Assembly (NCBI RefSeq): GCF_000007145.1
Contig: NC_003902.1
Location: 3,626,497 to 3,658,496, forward strand
Reading direction: 5' to 3'
Source of the DNA: Xanthomonas campestris pv. campestris str. ATCC 33913
GTDB taxonomy: Bacteria > Pseudomonadota > Gammaproteobacteria > Xanthomonadales > Xanthomonadaceae
DNA: 32,000 nt
Part shown: positions 7,744 through 17,315 of the stretch, one piece after another
How positions within the stretch are numbered: position 1 is the first letter of the stretch
Layout: each line of letters opens with the position of its first letter
Program-made: the position numbers and the translations under genes
The notes under the pieces: model-generated
Told to the model about the DNA's origin: nothing
Seen by the model: the letters and a program-made list of their open reading frames with translations, nothing else
The model's database searches: none

Positions 7744-10329
7744 TCAGCCCTTGGTAAACGCCAGATGTCCACCTTCGGTGCGTACACGCACGGTGTCGCC
7801 GCTGGTGTACTGGCCGGAGAGAATCTGCTGGGCCAGCGGGTTTTCCACCTGCGACTGGATCGCACGCTTCAGCGGGCGCGCGCCATACACCGGGTCGAAG
7901 CCGACATTGCCCAGCAATTCCAGCGCCGGGTCGTCCAGGTCCAGCTTGAGGCCGCGTTCGGCCAGGCGCTTTTCCAGGCCCTGCAACTGGATGCGCGCGA
8001 TCGACTTGATCTGCGCCTTGTCCAGCGGATGGAACACCACGATGTCGTCGAGCCGGTTGATGAATTCTGGGCGGAAGTGCGCCTGCACCACGCCCATCAC
8101 CGCCGCCTTCATCTGCGTGTAGGCCTCGGCGCTGCCGTCGCCGGACAACTCCTGGATCTGGTGCGAGCCCAGGTTGGAGGTCATCACGATGACGGTATTG
8201 CGGAAGTCCACGGTACGTCCCTGGCCGTCGGTGAGGCGGCCATCGTCGAGCACCTGCAACAGGATGTTGAAGACATCGGCGTGCGCCTTCTCCACTTCGT
8301 CGAGCAGGATCAGCGAATACGGGCGCCGCCGCACCGCCTCGGTGAGGTAACCGCCCTCCTCGTAGCCCACATAGCCCGGAGGCGCACCGATCAGGCGCGA
8401 GACCGAATGCTTCTCCATGAACTCGCTCATGTCGATGCGGATCATGGCCTCGGTGCTGTCGAACAGGAAATCCGCCAACGCCTTGCACAGCTCGGTCTTG
8501 CCCACGCCGGTCGGGCCCAGGAACAGGAACGAACCGCTCGGACGATTGGGATCGGACAGGCCGGCACGCGAGCGGCGCACCGCATCGGACACCACCTTGA
8601 TCGCCTCTTCCTGCCCCACCACGCGGCGGTGCAGTTCGTCTTCCATGCGCAGCAGTTTGTCGCGCTCGCCTTCGAGCATCTTGTTGACCGGGATACCGGT
8701 CCAACGCGACACCACCTCGGCGATTTCTTCGGCGGTCACGCGGTCCTGCACCAGCTTGAAGTCGTGATGCTCCACTTCGTTGGCCAGCAGCATCTGCTTT
8801 TCCAGCTGCGGCAATACGCCGTACTGGATCTCGCTCATCTTGGCGTAGTCCTGGCGCCGCTGCGCCGCTTCCAGCTCCAGCTTGGCGTGCTCGATCTGCT
8901 CCTTGATCTTGGTGGTGCCCTGCAGCGCGGCCTTCTCCGACTTCCACACTTCGTTGAGGTCGGAGAATTCGCGCTCGAGCTTGTCGATGTCGCTTTCCAG
9001 ATCGGCCAGACGTTGCCGCGAGGCCTCGTCCTTTTCCTTCTTGAGCATCTCGCGCTGGATCTTGAGCTGGATCAGGCGGCGCTCCAGGCGGTCGAGCTCT
9101 TCAGGCTTGGAATCGATCTCCATGCGGATGCGCGATGCGGCTTCGTCCATCAGGTCGATGGCCTTGTCCGGCAACTGACGGTCGGTGATGTAGCGGTTGG
9201 ACAAGGTGGCCGCGGCCACGATCGCCGGGTCGGTGATCTCCACGCCGTGATGCACCGCGTAGCGCTCCTTCAAGCCGCGCAGGATGGCGATGGTGTCTTC
9301 CACCGTCGGCTCGCCCACGAAAACTTTCTGGAAACGGCGCTCCAGCGCAGCGTCTTTTTCGATGTACTTGCGGTATTCGTCCAGCGTGGTGGCGCCGATG
9401 CAATGCAGCTCGCCGCGCGCCAGCGCCGGCTTGAGCATGTTGCCGGCATCCATCGCGCCATCGGCCTTGCCGGCGCCGACCATGGTGTGCAGCTCATCGA
9501 TGAACAGGATGATCTGGCCTTCGTTCTTGGACAGGTCGCTGAGCACCGCCTTCAGGCGTTCTTCGAATTCGCCGCGGAATTTGGCACCGGCAATCAGCGC
9601 GCCCATGTCCAGCGACAGCACGCGCTTGCCGCGCAGGCCTTCGGGCACCTCGCCGTTGATGATGCGTTGCGCCAGGCCTTCGACAATGGCGGTCTTGCCC
9701 ACGCCCGGTTCGCCGATCAGCACCGGGTTGTTTTTGGTGCGTCGCTGCAACACCTGGATGGTGCGGCGGATTTCTTCGTCGCGGCCGATCACCGGATCGA
9801 GCTTGCCGCTCTCCGCGCGCGCGGTCAGGTCGATGGTGTACTTCTCCAGCGCCTGGCGCTGCTCCTCGGCATTTTCCGATTGCACCGTTTCGCCACCGCG
9901 CAATTTATCGATGGCCGCTTCGATCTTCTTCTTGTCGCCACCGGCCGCGCGCAAGGCCACGCCCAGCGGGCTGGCATCGTCGGCAGCGGCCAGCACGAAC
10001 CACTCGCTGGCGATGAAGGCATCGCCATGTTGCTGGGCGAGCTTGTCGGTCTGGTTGAGCAGGCGATTGAGATCGTTGCCGATCGACAGGTTGCCTTCCT
10101 GCCCGGACACCTTGGGCAGGGTGTCCAGCGCTTCGCCCAGGCGCTCGCGCAGTGCCGGCACGTTGACGCCGGACTGCGACAGCAGCGGGCGCGTGCTGCC
10201 GCCGCTCTGGTCGAGCAAGGCGGCCAGCACGTGCACGGGTTCGATGATGTTGTGGTCGCGGCCCACGGCCAGCGATTGCGCGTCGGCCAGCGCCTGCTGG
10301 AACCGCGAGGTGAGCTTGTCCATCCGCAT
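7744..10329 (-). CDS. clpB: ATP-dependent chaperone/disaggregase ClpB
   Basis: 861-aa ORF. It has two AAA+ modules ([18 protein letters not shown] and [15 protein letters not shown] Walker A motifs; ILFIDELH and [11 protein letters not shown] Walker B motifs), the middle coiled-coil domain and an N-terminal Clp_N domain. Confidence 0.97.
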   Translation of the reverse strand: MRMDKLTSRFQQALADAQSLAVGRDHNIIEPVHVLAALLDQSGGSTRPLLSQSGVNVPALRERLGEALDTLPKVSGQEGNLSIGNDLNRLLNQTDKLAQQHGDAFIASEWFVLAAADDASPLGVALRAAGGDKKKIEAAIDKLRGGETVQSENAEEQRQALEKYTIDLTARAESGKLDPVIGRDEEIRRTIQVLQRRTKNNPVLIGEPGVGKTAIVEGLAQRIINGEVPEGLRGKRVLSLDMGALIAGAKFRGEFEERLKAVLSDLSKNEGQIILFIDELHTMVGAGKADGAMDAGNMLKPALARGELHCIGATTLDEYRKYIEKDAALERRFQKVFVGEPTVEDTIAILRGLKERYAVHHGVEITDPAIVAAATLSNRYITDRQLPDKAIDLMDEAASRIRMEIDSKPEELDRLERRLIQLKIQREMLKKEKDEASRQRLADLESDIDKLEREFSDLNEVWKSEKAALQGTTKIKEQIEHAKLELEAAQRRQDYAKMSEIQYGVLPQLEKQMLLANEVEHHDFKLVQDRVTAEEIAEVVSRWTGIPVNKMLEGERDKLLRMEDELHRRVVGQEEAIKVVSDAVRRSRAGLSDPNRPSGSFLFLGPTGVGKTELCKALADFLFDSTEAMIRIDMSEFMEKHSVSRLIGAPPGYVGYEEGGYLTEAVRRRPYSLILLDEVEKAHADVFNILLQVLDDGRLTDGQGRTVDFRNTVIVMTSNLGSHQIQELSGDGSAEAYTQMKAAVMGVVQAHFRPEFINRLDDIVVFHPLDKAQIKSIARIQLQGLEKRLAERGLKLDLDDPALELLGNVGFDPVYGARPLKRAIQSQVENPLAQQILSGQYTSGDTVRVRTEGGHLAFTKG

Positions 10330-10375
10330 GAGAAATCCTCTGAACTGGTGGCCGGCGTTTCCGGCGATACCGTGC

Positions 10376-10403
10376 AGATGCGGCTGGCGGGCGGCGTTTC
10401 AAG
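10376..10403 (-). promoter_or_regulatory. Sigma-32 (RpoH)-type heat-shock promoter of clpB
   Basis: The minus strand reads CTTGAAA (10403-10397), then 13 nt, then CCGCATCT (10383-10376). The consensus is CTTGAAA-N13/14-CCCCATnT. It lies about 45 nt upstream of the clpB ATG, and AGAGGA precedes the ATG. Confidence 0.6.
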
Positions 10404-10482
10404 GCTGGGCGCTGTGTCCACGCCCCTGGCAGCGGGCGGTGACGCCGCCGCTGTTGGCCTGGCGTGGGTCTGCAGAGGGCCG

Positions 10483-10815
10483 CTAGGCGAACCGCCGCAA
10501 CGGTTTACCGACCTGCGCGGCAGCGCCAGGTTGCGCCTCTGCCGCCGCCGCGGCACCGGGCGACGGCGGCCCCAGCAGACGCGACAACACCTGTGCCTGG
10601 ATCGCCGCTATCGCTGGCGTACCGGGCAGGCGCGGATGTGGCGCGGGCACCGCCACCTCCAGACCGACCTGGCCGTGCTCGATCACCACGATGCGGTCAG
10701 CCAGTGCGCTGGCCTCGGCCACGTCGTGGGTCACCAGCACCAGGGTGAAGCCATGCTGCCGCCAGAGCTGCGCGATCAGCTGCTGCCGGGAACACGCTGG
10801 AGGCAGCAGTGGAGT
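10483..10815 (-). pseudogene. Remnant (C-terminal third) of an SsuB/TauB-type ABC transporter ATP-binding protein
   Basis: The ORF 10483..10896 tail [67 protein letters not shown] matches the H-loop and C-terminal region of sulfonate/taurine/nitrate-type ABC ATPases. Walker A and Walker B are missing. Only a very degenerate signature-like stretch ([12 protein letters not shown], about 10930-10960) is visible in the same frame. The upstream boundary is uncertain. Confidence 0.6.
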
Positions 10816-11068
10816 CGGCCGGGGACCGGTAGCGCACGGACATGCAGTTCCTTGTGGATGCGCCATGCCAGGCATGGCGGCAGCGATGGCGCGCAAGCCG
10901 ACTCGGCCGCGCAGCGCGATGCCTGCATGCTGTTTGCCACCACCACAGGCGTCAAATAACCAATGGCTTGGTGGTTATTCGCTCACGCACGCAACCGTCT
11001 GTGTTGCAGCCGGCGCACGCAATGCGCGCGCGGCTGTGCAGCGCGCACGAAGCGGCGATAATGCGCCG

Positions 11069-11377
11069 ATGGATGCACCCAAGCCCTGGCACCTCTATCT
11101 GCTGCTCTGTCGCAATGGCAGCTACTACGCCGGGATCACCAACGATCTGGAGCGGCGCTTCCAGGCGCATCTGCGTGGCACCGGCGCCCGCTACACACGT
11201 GCGAACCCGCCACTGCAGGTGCTGGCCAGCCATCCCTATCCGGACCGGGCCACCGCTTCACGCGCGGAGTGGTTGCTCAAGCAGCAGCCGCGCGCACGCA
11301 AGCTGGCCTGGTTGCAGGCACAGGGCCTGCTGCCTGCCGAGTCACGGCCCGACGACACGCCGCTCACGCCCGCCTAG
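11069..11377 (+). CDS. GIY-YIG nuclease superfamily protein (small UPF0213/YhbQ-like)
   Basis: Internal ATG at 11069 of ORF 10691..11377: [52 protein letters not shown].. This is the typical GIY-YIG core. 102 aa. Confidence 0.8.
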   Translation: MDAPKPWHLYLLLCRNGSYYAGITNDLERRFQAHLRGTGARYTRANPPLQVLASHPYPDRATASRAEWLLKQQPRARKLAWLQAQGLLPAESRPDDTPLTPA

Positions 11378-11420
11378 CCGTTGATTGCCTAGCCTGCCCT
11401 GCCTTCTCCTGGAGCAGCGC

Positions 11421-12128
11421 ATGCATTACCAGCTCTATTATTGGACCGGCCTGCAGGGCCGCGGCGAATTTGTCCGCCTGGCCCTGGAAGACGCCGGTGC
11501 CGACTACACCGATGTGGCCCGCGTGGAAGGCGACGAGGTCATGAACACATTCCTGGACGGCAGCGCAGACGGCGCGCGCCCGTTTGCACCGCCCTTCCTC
11601 AAGGCCGGCCGCACGGTGGTGGCACAGGTGGCGGCGATTTTGCATTTCCTCGGCCCGCAGCTGCAGCTGGTGCCGGAATCAGAAGCCCGCCGCCTGCAGG
11701 CGCTGCAATTGCAGATGACCATCGCCGACCTGGTGGCCGAGGTGCACGACACGCACCATCCGATCGCCAGCATGCAGTATTACGAAGACCAGAAGGACGC
11801 CGCCAGGCAACGCGCCAAGGACCTGCGCGAAAATCGGCTGCCGAAGTTCCTGGGCTACTTCGAGCAGGTGTTGCAACACGCCGGCGGCAACCACATCCTG
11901 CGCGAGCACTCGTATGTGGATCTATCGTTGTTCCAGCTGGTCAGCGGCCTGGAATACATGTTCCCCAAGCGGATGGCGACACTCGCCACCGATATTACGG
12001 GCTTGAAGGCACTGCAGCAGCGCGTTGCGCAACGGCCGCGCATTGCCGCGTATCTGGCCTCGGAACGCCGCGTCGCCTTCAACACCAACGGCATCTTCCG
12101 GCATTACCCGGAGTTGGATGCGGCGTGA
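11421..12128 (+). CDS. Glutathione S-transferase family protein
   Basis: ATG at 11421 preceded by GGAG. MHYQLYYWTGLQGRGEFVRLALEDAGADYTDV.. (thioredoxin-like N-domain) followed by a helical C-domain. 235 aa. Confidence 0.7.
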   Translation: MHYQLYYWTGLQGRGEFVRLALEDAGADYTDVARVEGDEVMNTFLDGSADGARPFAPPFLKAGRTVVAQVAAILHFLGPQLQLVPESEARRLQALQLQMTIADLVAEVHDTHHPIASMQYYEDQKDAARQRAKDLRENRLPKFLGYFEQVLQHAGGNHILREHSYVDLSLFQLVSGLEYMFPKRMATLATDITGLKALQQRVAQRPRIAAYLASERRVAFNTNGIFRHYPELDAA

Positions 12129-12321
12129 TGCTGTCGCGGCGATCGCGCCGCGTTGCGCGTGTGCGTCGCTGTGTGCACAGCACAGAGGCGCACTGAAGCA
12201 GGCCAGCACGCCACCGGTCGCCGCGCGCCATCGCGTGCTGCGACCGATGTGGCCGATGGCGGTCGTGTTTAAGCACAGGTCTTCGGCAGCGTGATCGACG
12301 CGCTGCCTGACTAGATACCGC

Positions 12322-13134
12322 TCACCGCCCGCGCAGCACCGCCGCACGGATTCGCTGCAACTGCGCCTTTACCGCGGCCGCCTGGGTCGGACCAAGCCGC
12401 AGCAGGGCCTTCTGGCCCACCGAAAGCGACTCCAGCGCCGGATCCGCGTAGCGGTAACGCCCGCGCTCGTCTTTCACCACCACGATCGGCTGCGCCGCTT
12501 CCGGGGTCAGCAGCAGGTGATCGATCACCGCGATCAGGCGATCATTGAAATAACGGTCCGGCGCGCCCAGCTCCGCATACGCCTGTTGGATCAGTGGATA
12601 GAAGCGCACATACGTGGCGACCAGCGCCTGTGCATCCAGCGCGGTGAACGCGGCCACGTAGGGTGCGTAACGTGTGGCGTTGGGGGTGTCGATCACGCTG
12701 CGCCCGTCGGCCTCGGCCACCTGCAACTCACCGGGCACCGGCTGCAACACCGAGGCACGTCGGCTCATGCTGGGCTGGGTGAGGTTGTCGATCATCACCA
12801 CCGCACGCTGGATCAGGTGATCGCGCAGCACGATGGCTAGCGCAGCCTCGTCGGGCACCAGCGCGCGCAGGGCCTCCCAGGCGGCGCTATCGCTTTTCGC
12901 CAGCGGTGGAATTGCCGCATCGGCGGCATCGGCCGGGTGCGCCGGCAGCGGGTGCTGTGGCGCGCTGGGGGCAGCGGGCGCGGGCGGTGTGGGCGCCGCA
13001 GCCGCCACGGCTGTGGGCTTGGGCGTGGAAGCCGCATTGGGCGCCTCGACAGTGCCGCGGAACAGCCACCATCCGGCACCGATCACGACCGGAATCGCCA
13101 GCAGCCACGGCCAGCGCGAAGGTCTGGATTGCAT
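12322..13134 (-). CDS. DUF3014-like membrane-anchored protein
   Basis: ATG at 13134 preceded by TAGGAG. It has an N-terminal TM segment (WPWLLAIPVVIGAGWWLF), a Pro/Ala-rich linker, and a conserved-looking C-domain (..VMIDNLTQP..RYAPYVAAFTALDAQALVATYVRFYPLIQQAYAELGAPDRYFNDRLIAVIDHLLLTPE..SVGQKALLRLGP). The family call is from memory. Confidence 0.65.
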   Translation of the reverse strand: MQSRPSRWPWLLAIPVVIGAGWWLFRGTVEAPNAASTPKPTAVAAAAPTPPAPAAPSAPQHPLPAHPADAADAAIPPLAKSDSAAWEALRALVPDEAALAIVLRDHLIQRAVVMIDNLTQPSMSRRASVLQPVPGELQVAEADGRSVIDTPNATRYAPYVAAFTALDAQALVATYVRFYPLIQQAYAELGAPDRYFNDRLIAVIDHLLLTPEAAQPIVVVKDERGRYRYADPALESLSVGQKALLRLGPTQAAAVKAQLQRIRAAVLRGR

Positions 13135-13517
13135 CAGGGAACTCCTAGAAATCGACAACACACCAAGGTGTGACCATGCGATCGCGCGGTGGTTCCATCG
13201 ATTGCTGCACGCGTCCGGGCTGCTGCATGCGCATCGGCGCAGCGCAGCCGCCGCCATGCGCAGCAAAGCGCGGCTGCTCAATCGTGTGAATAGGTGCGAG
13301 AGACTGCGAACGCCGCAGGGAAGCTGCAGCACACGCAGGCTACATGCGGCCTCCAAGCGCGGCAGCACGCCAGCGATAGTCGGTTTTCGCAAATAACAAA
13401 CGAGCCCCGCGTTTACGCCTCGCCGCAAACACGTGCGTCACCGCAAGCAACGAAAGCGCGCGGCCAACCAGCGCATCCGCAACTGCCATGCAGTCGCGGT
13501 TGCAGGCCGCCGCTGCC

Positions 13518-14684
13518 TCAGCTGTCGAAGTCCAGGCGGGCGTCCACCCAGGCAGTGACAATCGCAGCAGCCACTTGCTGCGCCTGTGCGGCCGGCAAGT
13601 GCTTCTCGCGCACCAGCCAGGCGGCGGTGTCGGCACGCACCTTCGGCAGCAGTGCACGTGCGGCCTTGCGGTCGTCGGCCGGCCATGCGCTGGCGTCGCC
13701 GGTCCAGGCAGCCAACGCCTGGTCAGGATCGCCGCTATAGCGCTTGCGCAAGGCCGGCTGCAGATACAGCAATGGCGACACCGACGCACGCAGCGCGATG
13801 ACCTCCCACTCGGCGTAGCTGGCGTAGCGAATGGTGCCGGCGTCCTTGCTGATCGATTCGATCAACGACGCAAACGCCGCATCGAGCTGGGTCCAGGCCG
13901 GCAGCGCGAACAGGCCGCCCGGCGGCTCGCACAACGGCGCGAAGCTGTCGCGGGTGGAACCGTACAGCGGGCCGAATGCCTCGTACGCCGGCTCGCCAAG
14001 CGTGCTGAAGATGAAGCAATGCACATACGGGCGCGTGCTGTCGTTGCGTTCGATCCACATGCGCAACAGCGTCAGTGTCTTGTCCGGTTCCTGCACGTCA
14101 GGACCGGTGGCCTCATCGTTCAGCACCGAATCGGCAAAGCTGTCGACCTTGCGCAATGCCGCGCGCGCACTCTGAAAACGCGCCGCAGACAGCGCTGCAT
14201 CGACACCCGCGGCCGGCACGAATTGATGCAGGTACACCAACCACGCCGACGCCAGCGGCGTGTCGTAGGCCTGCAATTGGCGCGCCGCGGCCGCCGGTGC
14301 GCTCGGGATGCTGGCAATGATGCGGTCCAGGGCCTGTTGTTGCGCGGCCAGCGCCTTGTCCAGCGCATCGGCCCTGGCAGTGAGGCTGCGCTGCAGGCAG
14401 TCGTCCGGCGTGGCGTTCTGCGCGCAGGCATTGCGCTGCCGCAGCCAGGCGCGTTGCTGCTCGCGCACAGCGGCCACCGCGCTGCGCGGCGTGGTCTGCA
14501 GCAGTTCCTGATAGGACGCATCCAGGCGTTCGTCGAGCAGGCCCAGCGCCTTCACCGCACACAGGCGTTGTTCCACCGCCGTGCTTGCGCGCGCACAGTC
14601 GAACGATGCAGACCACGCGCCACCGCTGGCCAGCAACGCCGCACCGGCCAGCACCACCCGCAGCGCGTGCGCGCGCCGATTCAT
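13518..14684 (-). CDS. Secreted protein with an N-terminal LprI/DUF1311-like (lysozyme-inhibitor-like) domain and an uncharacterised C-terminal region of about 270 aa
   Basis: 388-aa ORF with signal peptide MNRRAHALRVVLAGAALLASGGAWSA. SFDCARASTAVEQRLCAVKALGLLDERLDASYQELL..REQQRAWLRQRNACAQ..DCLQRSLTARADAL fits the Cys-containing DUF1311 pattern. Its ATG overlaps the stop of the upstream permease (ATGA at 14681-14684). Confidence 0.65.
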   Translation of the reverse strand: MNRRAHALRVVLAGAALLASGGAWSASFDCARASTAVEQRLCAVKALGLLDERLDASYQELLQTTPRSAVAAVREQQRAWLRQRNACAQNATPDDCLQRSLTARADALDKALAAQQQALDRIIASIPSAPAAAARQLQAYDTPLASAWLVYLHQFVPAAGVDAALSAARFQSARAALRKVDSFADSVLNDEATGPDVQEPDKTLTLLRMWIERNDSTRPYVHCFIFSTLGEPAYEAFGPLYGSTRDSFAPLCEPPGGLFALPAWTQLDAAFASLIESISKDAGTIRYASYAEWEVIALRASVSPLLYLQPALRKRYSGDPDQALAAWTGDASAWPADDRKAARALLPKVRADTAAWLVREKHLPAAQAQQVAAAIVTAWVDARLDFDS

Positions 14685-16282
14685 GCCAGCGTCTCTTTAC
14701 GTGCCGGCAGCAGCGACAGCAGCAGCAGCGTTGCCGCCATCGCCACATACGCACCCACGAATTGCCAGCTGATCACACGCGCCAGGCCCTGCAGCGACCA
14801 GGGCAGATAGATGCCGCCGCGCGGGTCCACCGAGTGGATCAACCCGAACAAAGTCAGCCCGGCCGCGACCAGCAGGAACACCGCGCCGCGCCGCAGCCTG
14901 CCGTCGATCATCGCCACCACCGCCGCAATCCACAACATCGCGGTGATGATGAAGCCATTGCCCAGCGCGAAGACCACGGCCAGTTCCGGCAGGCCATGGC
15001 TGTCGACCTTGGTGGTCAGCGCCACCAGTTGCTCCGGCGCGATCCAGATCGGCGCCTTGATTGCCAGCAGGTAGGCCACCGATGGCAAAAAGCCCAGCAC
15101 CATCGCACCGGCGTGCTGCTTCGGCGTGGCCTGGAAGGCCTGCGTGGTGATGTCGATCGACACGTACACGATGATCGGCGCCAGCACCGCCAACGGCAGC
15201 CACTGCACCAACCCGCTGATGATGCCGAGCATGCCGCCGATGCCGACGAACAACCCGGTCAGCAGCGTATAGCCAGTGCGTGCGCCCATATGCTTGTAAG
15301 CAGGTTGGCCAATGTACGGCGTGGTCTGCGCCACACCGCCGCAGACGCCGGCCACCAACGTGGCCAGTGCTTCCACCAGCAGGATGTCGCGGGTGCGGTA
15401 ATCATCGCCGGCCGCACGCGCGCTTTCGCTCACGTTGATCCCGCCCACCACCATCAACAGGCCAAACGGCAGCAGCAACGGCAGATACGGCAAGGTGGAC
15501 GGCAAGCCATCGATAAAGCCCAGATTCGGCAGCGGCAACACCACCTGGGGCGCCACCCAGGCCGGAACTGCGAATCCAGGCGCACCCAGGCCGGCCAGCC
15601 CCAGGCCGTAATACAGCGCCGTGCCGACCACGAAAGCCACCAGCACGCCGGGCAACTTGATCGGCAGGCGGCCCTTGGCCAGCAGCACATATAGCAACAA
15701 GCCCAGGGTGACGAAGCCGGCCACCGGCGAGCGCAGGGTTTCCAGCAGCGGCAACAGGCCCATCAGCACCAGCGCGATGCCGGCGATGGAACCCAGCAAT
15801 GCGGCGCGTGGCAGCGCGCGCGTAACCGCTTCGCCAACAAACGACAGCACCAGCTTGAGCAGCCCCATCACCACCAGCGCGGCCATGCCCAGTTTCCAGG
15901 TGGCGATCGCCGCGGCCTGCGGGTCCAGTCCCTGCGCCTTGAAGCCGGCAAACGCCGGGCCCAGCACCAATAGCGCCATGCCGATGCTGGTGGGCGCATC
16001 CAGGCCCAGCGGCATGGCGGTGACGTCACCGCGACCAGTGCGCCGGGCCAGGCGGCGCGCCATCAGGGTGTAGAGCAAATTGCCCACCAGCACGCCGAAT
16101 GCGGTGCCGGGGAACATGCGGCCGTACACCACGTCGGGCGGGAACTGGAACAGGCCGATCAACGCCATCGCGATGAAGCCAAGGATAGAAAGATTGTCGA
16201 CCACCAGGCCGAAGAAGCCATTGAGGTCGCCGGAGACGAACCAGCGCGGCGATGCCGCAGTACGCGAGGAAGGGGCCGACAT
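14681..16282 (-). CDS. Polytopic inner-membrane permease, NCS2-superfamily-like (xanthine/uracil/vitamin C-type), substrate unknown
   Basis: ORF 14681..16330 trimmed to the ATG at 16282 (MSAPSSRTAASPRWFVSGDLNGFFGLVVDNLSILGF...). It is 533 aa with at least 12 hydrophobic segments. The N-terminal WFV.GDL.GFFGL..DNL motif recalls proteins annotated as NCS2 family permeases. The assignment is from memory. Confidence 0.6.
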   Translation of the reverse strand: MSAPSSRTAASPRWFVSGDLNGFFGLVVDNLSILGFIAMALIGLFQFPPDVVYGRMFPGTAFGVLVGNLLYTLMARRLARRTGRGDVTAMPLGLDAPTSIGMALLVLGPAFAGFKAQGLDPQAAAIATWKLGMAALVVMGLLKLVLSFVGEAVTRALPRAALLGSIAGIALVLMGLLPLLETLRSPVAGFVTLGLLLYVLLAKGRLPIKLPGVLVAFVVGTALYYGLGLAGLGAPGFAVPAWVAPQVVLPLPNLGFIDGLPSTLPYLPLLLPFGLLMVVGGINVSESARAAGDDYRTRDILLVEALATLVAGVCGGVAQTTPYIGQPAYKHMGARTGYTLLTGLFVGIGGMLGIISGLVQWLPLAVLAPIIVYVSIDITTQAFQATPKQHAGAMVLGFLPSVAYLLAIKAPIWIAPEQLVALTTKVDSHGLPELAVVFALGNGFIITAMLWIAAVVAMIDGRLRRGAVFLLVAAGLTLFGLIHSVDPRGGIYLPWSLQGLARVISWQFVGAYVAMAATLLLLSLLPARKETLA

Positions 16283-16419
16283 GGGAGCCAGGATGCGTGG
16301 GGACAGGCGATGGTAGCCGCTGCCCCGCATGCGCGACAGCGGCGCGGTGGATCAGAGCGTGCTGCTGCAGCGCCGCCGCTGAGGACCGCCTGCGGCGGCA
16401 TCCCGATGCACGCGACGAC

Positions 16420-17292
16420 TCAGGGCATGGCCTGGTCGGCGCGGATCCAGCCAGTGCTCTCCGCATGGCCGGCACTGCGAAACCGCACCTGCAGGCGGGT
16501 CTGGTCCGTGCTCACGTCCAGCGCTTCGAGGCGATCGCCCTCGATCAGATAGCGCCGCGTGGTGGTCGCGGTGGGCGTGGCATACAGCGGCAAGCGCGGC
16601 ACCTGCACCTGAAATGTGGCAGGCCGGGGCGCTTCCAGGCTCTGGCCGATCTCCGTGCCGATCACCCTGCCCTGCGCATCGAAACGCGGCCACACCGAAA
16701 ACGGCATGCCCTCTTCGGTACCCGGGCCCAGCACGTCCAGGATCGCCTGCGCGGCAATCGGCTGCTGGGTGGTGGACACATACAGGCGCCCAGCGGCGTC
16801 GTAGCGGTACACGTCCGCGTACCACATCGGCCCGCTGCGGCAGGAGCTGCTCATGCTGCGTTGCTGCGGGTCCGGGGTGAGATTCCAGAACCCTGCGCAT
16901 TGCACCTGCGGGCGCGTGGGCGCGGTCAGCAGGCAAAACTGCCGCTGCGCCGGGTCATACAGGAAGACCCGGGTGGCCTCGTTGACCTGCCCGAGCATCA
17001 CGGTCACCGCCAGATCCGGATGGCCATCGAAGTTGTAATCGTCGCTACGCACGCTGCCGGTGGCTTCGCCTTCGTCCAGGTCCGCGTCCAGCCATTGTTC
17101 CTGGCCGCCGGGCGCCAGCACCACATGCAGGCGCGTGCCCACCAGGCTGGCAGTGGCGCGGGTGTGCGCATCGAGCGTCAGTTGCACGTGGGTGTCGCGT
17201 GCCGACGCGGCGCACATGAGCAGCGCGGCTGCGGCGAGCACACTGCTGCTCGCCACGGTGCGGAGGTGTGGCGCCTGCCAGCGGCGGCGCAT
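16420..17292 (-). CDS. Secreted hypothetical protein with one FG-GAP/Ca-binding-like DxNxDGxxD motif
   Basis: ORF 16420..17568 trimmed to the ATG at 17292 (MRRRWQAPHLRTVASSSVLAAAALLMCAASA signal peptide). It contains the motif SDDYNFDGHPDLAV. It starts 23 nt after the upstream lipoprotein gene. Confidence 0.55.
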   Translation of the reverse strand: MRRRWQAPHLRTVASSSVLAAAALLMCAASARDTHVQLTLDAHTRATASLVGTRLHVVLAPGGQEQWLDADLDEGEATGSVRSDDYNFDGHPDLAVTVMLGQVNEATRVFLYDPAQRQFCLLTAPTRPQVQCAGFWNLTPDPQQRSMSSSCRSGPMWYADVYRYDAAGRLYVSTTQQPIAAQAILDVLGPGTEEGMPFSVWPRFDAQGRVIGTEIGQSLEAPRPATFQVQVPRLPLYATPTATTTRRYLIEGDRLEALDVSTDQTRLQVRFRSAGHAESTGWIRADQAMP

Positions 17293-17315
17293 GCGGCTGC
17301 CCGCAGAGATCCGGC

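Noticed and set aside
7765-10959. 1064-aa ORF on the plus strand
   Set aside because: It lies entirely antisense to clpB. The composition is Ala/Arg/Gly/His-rich and low-complexity with no motifs, as expected from stop-codon depletion on the antisense strand of a high-GC gene.
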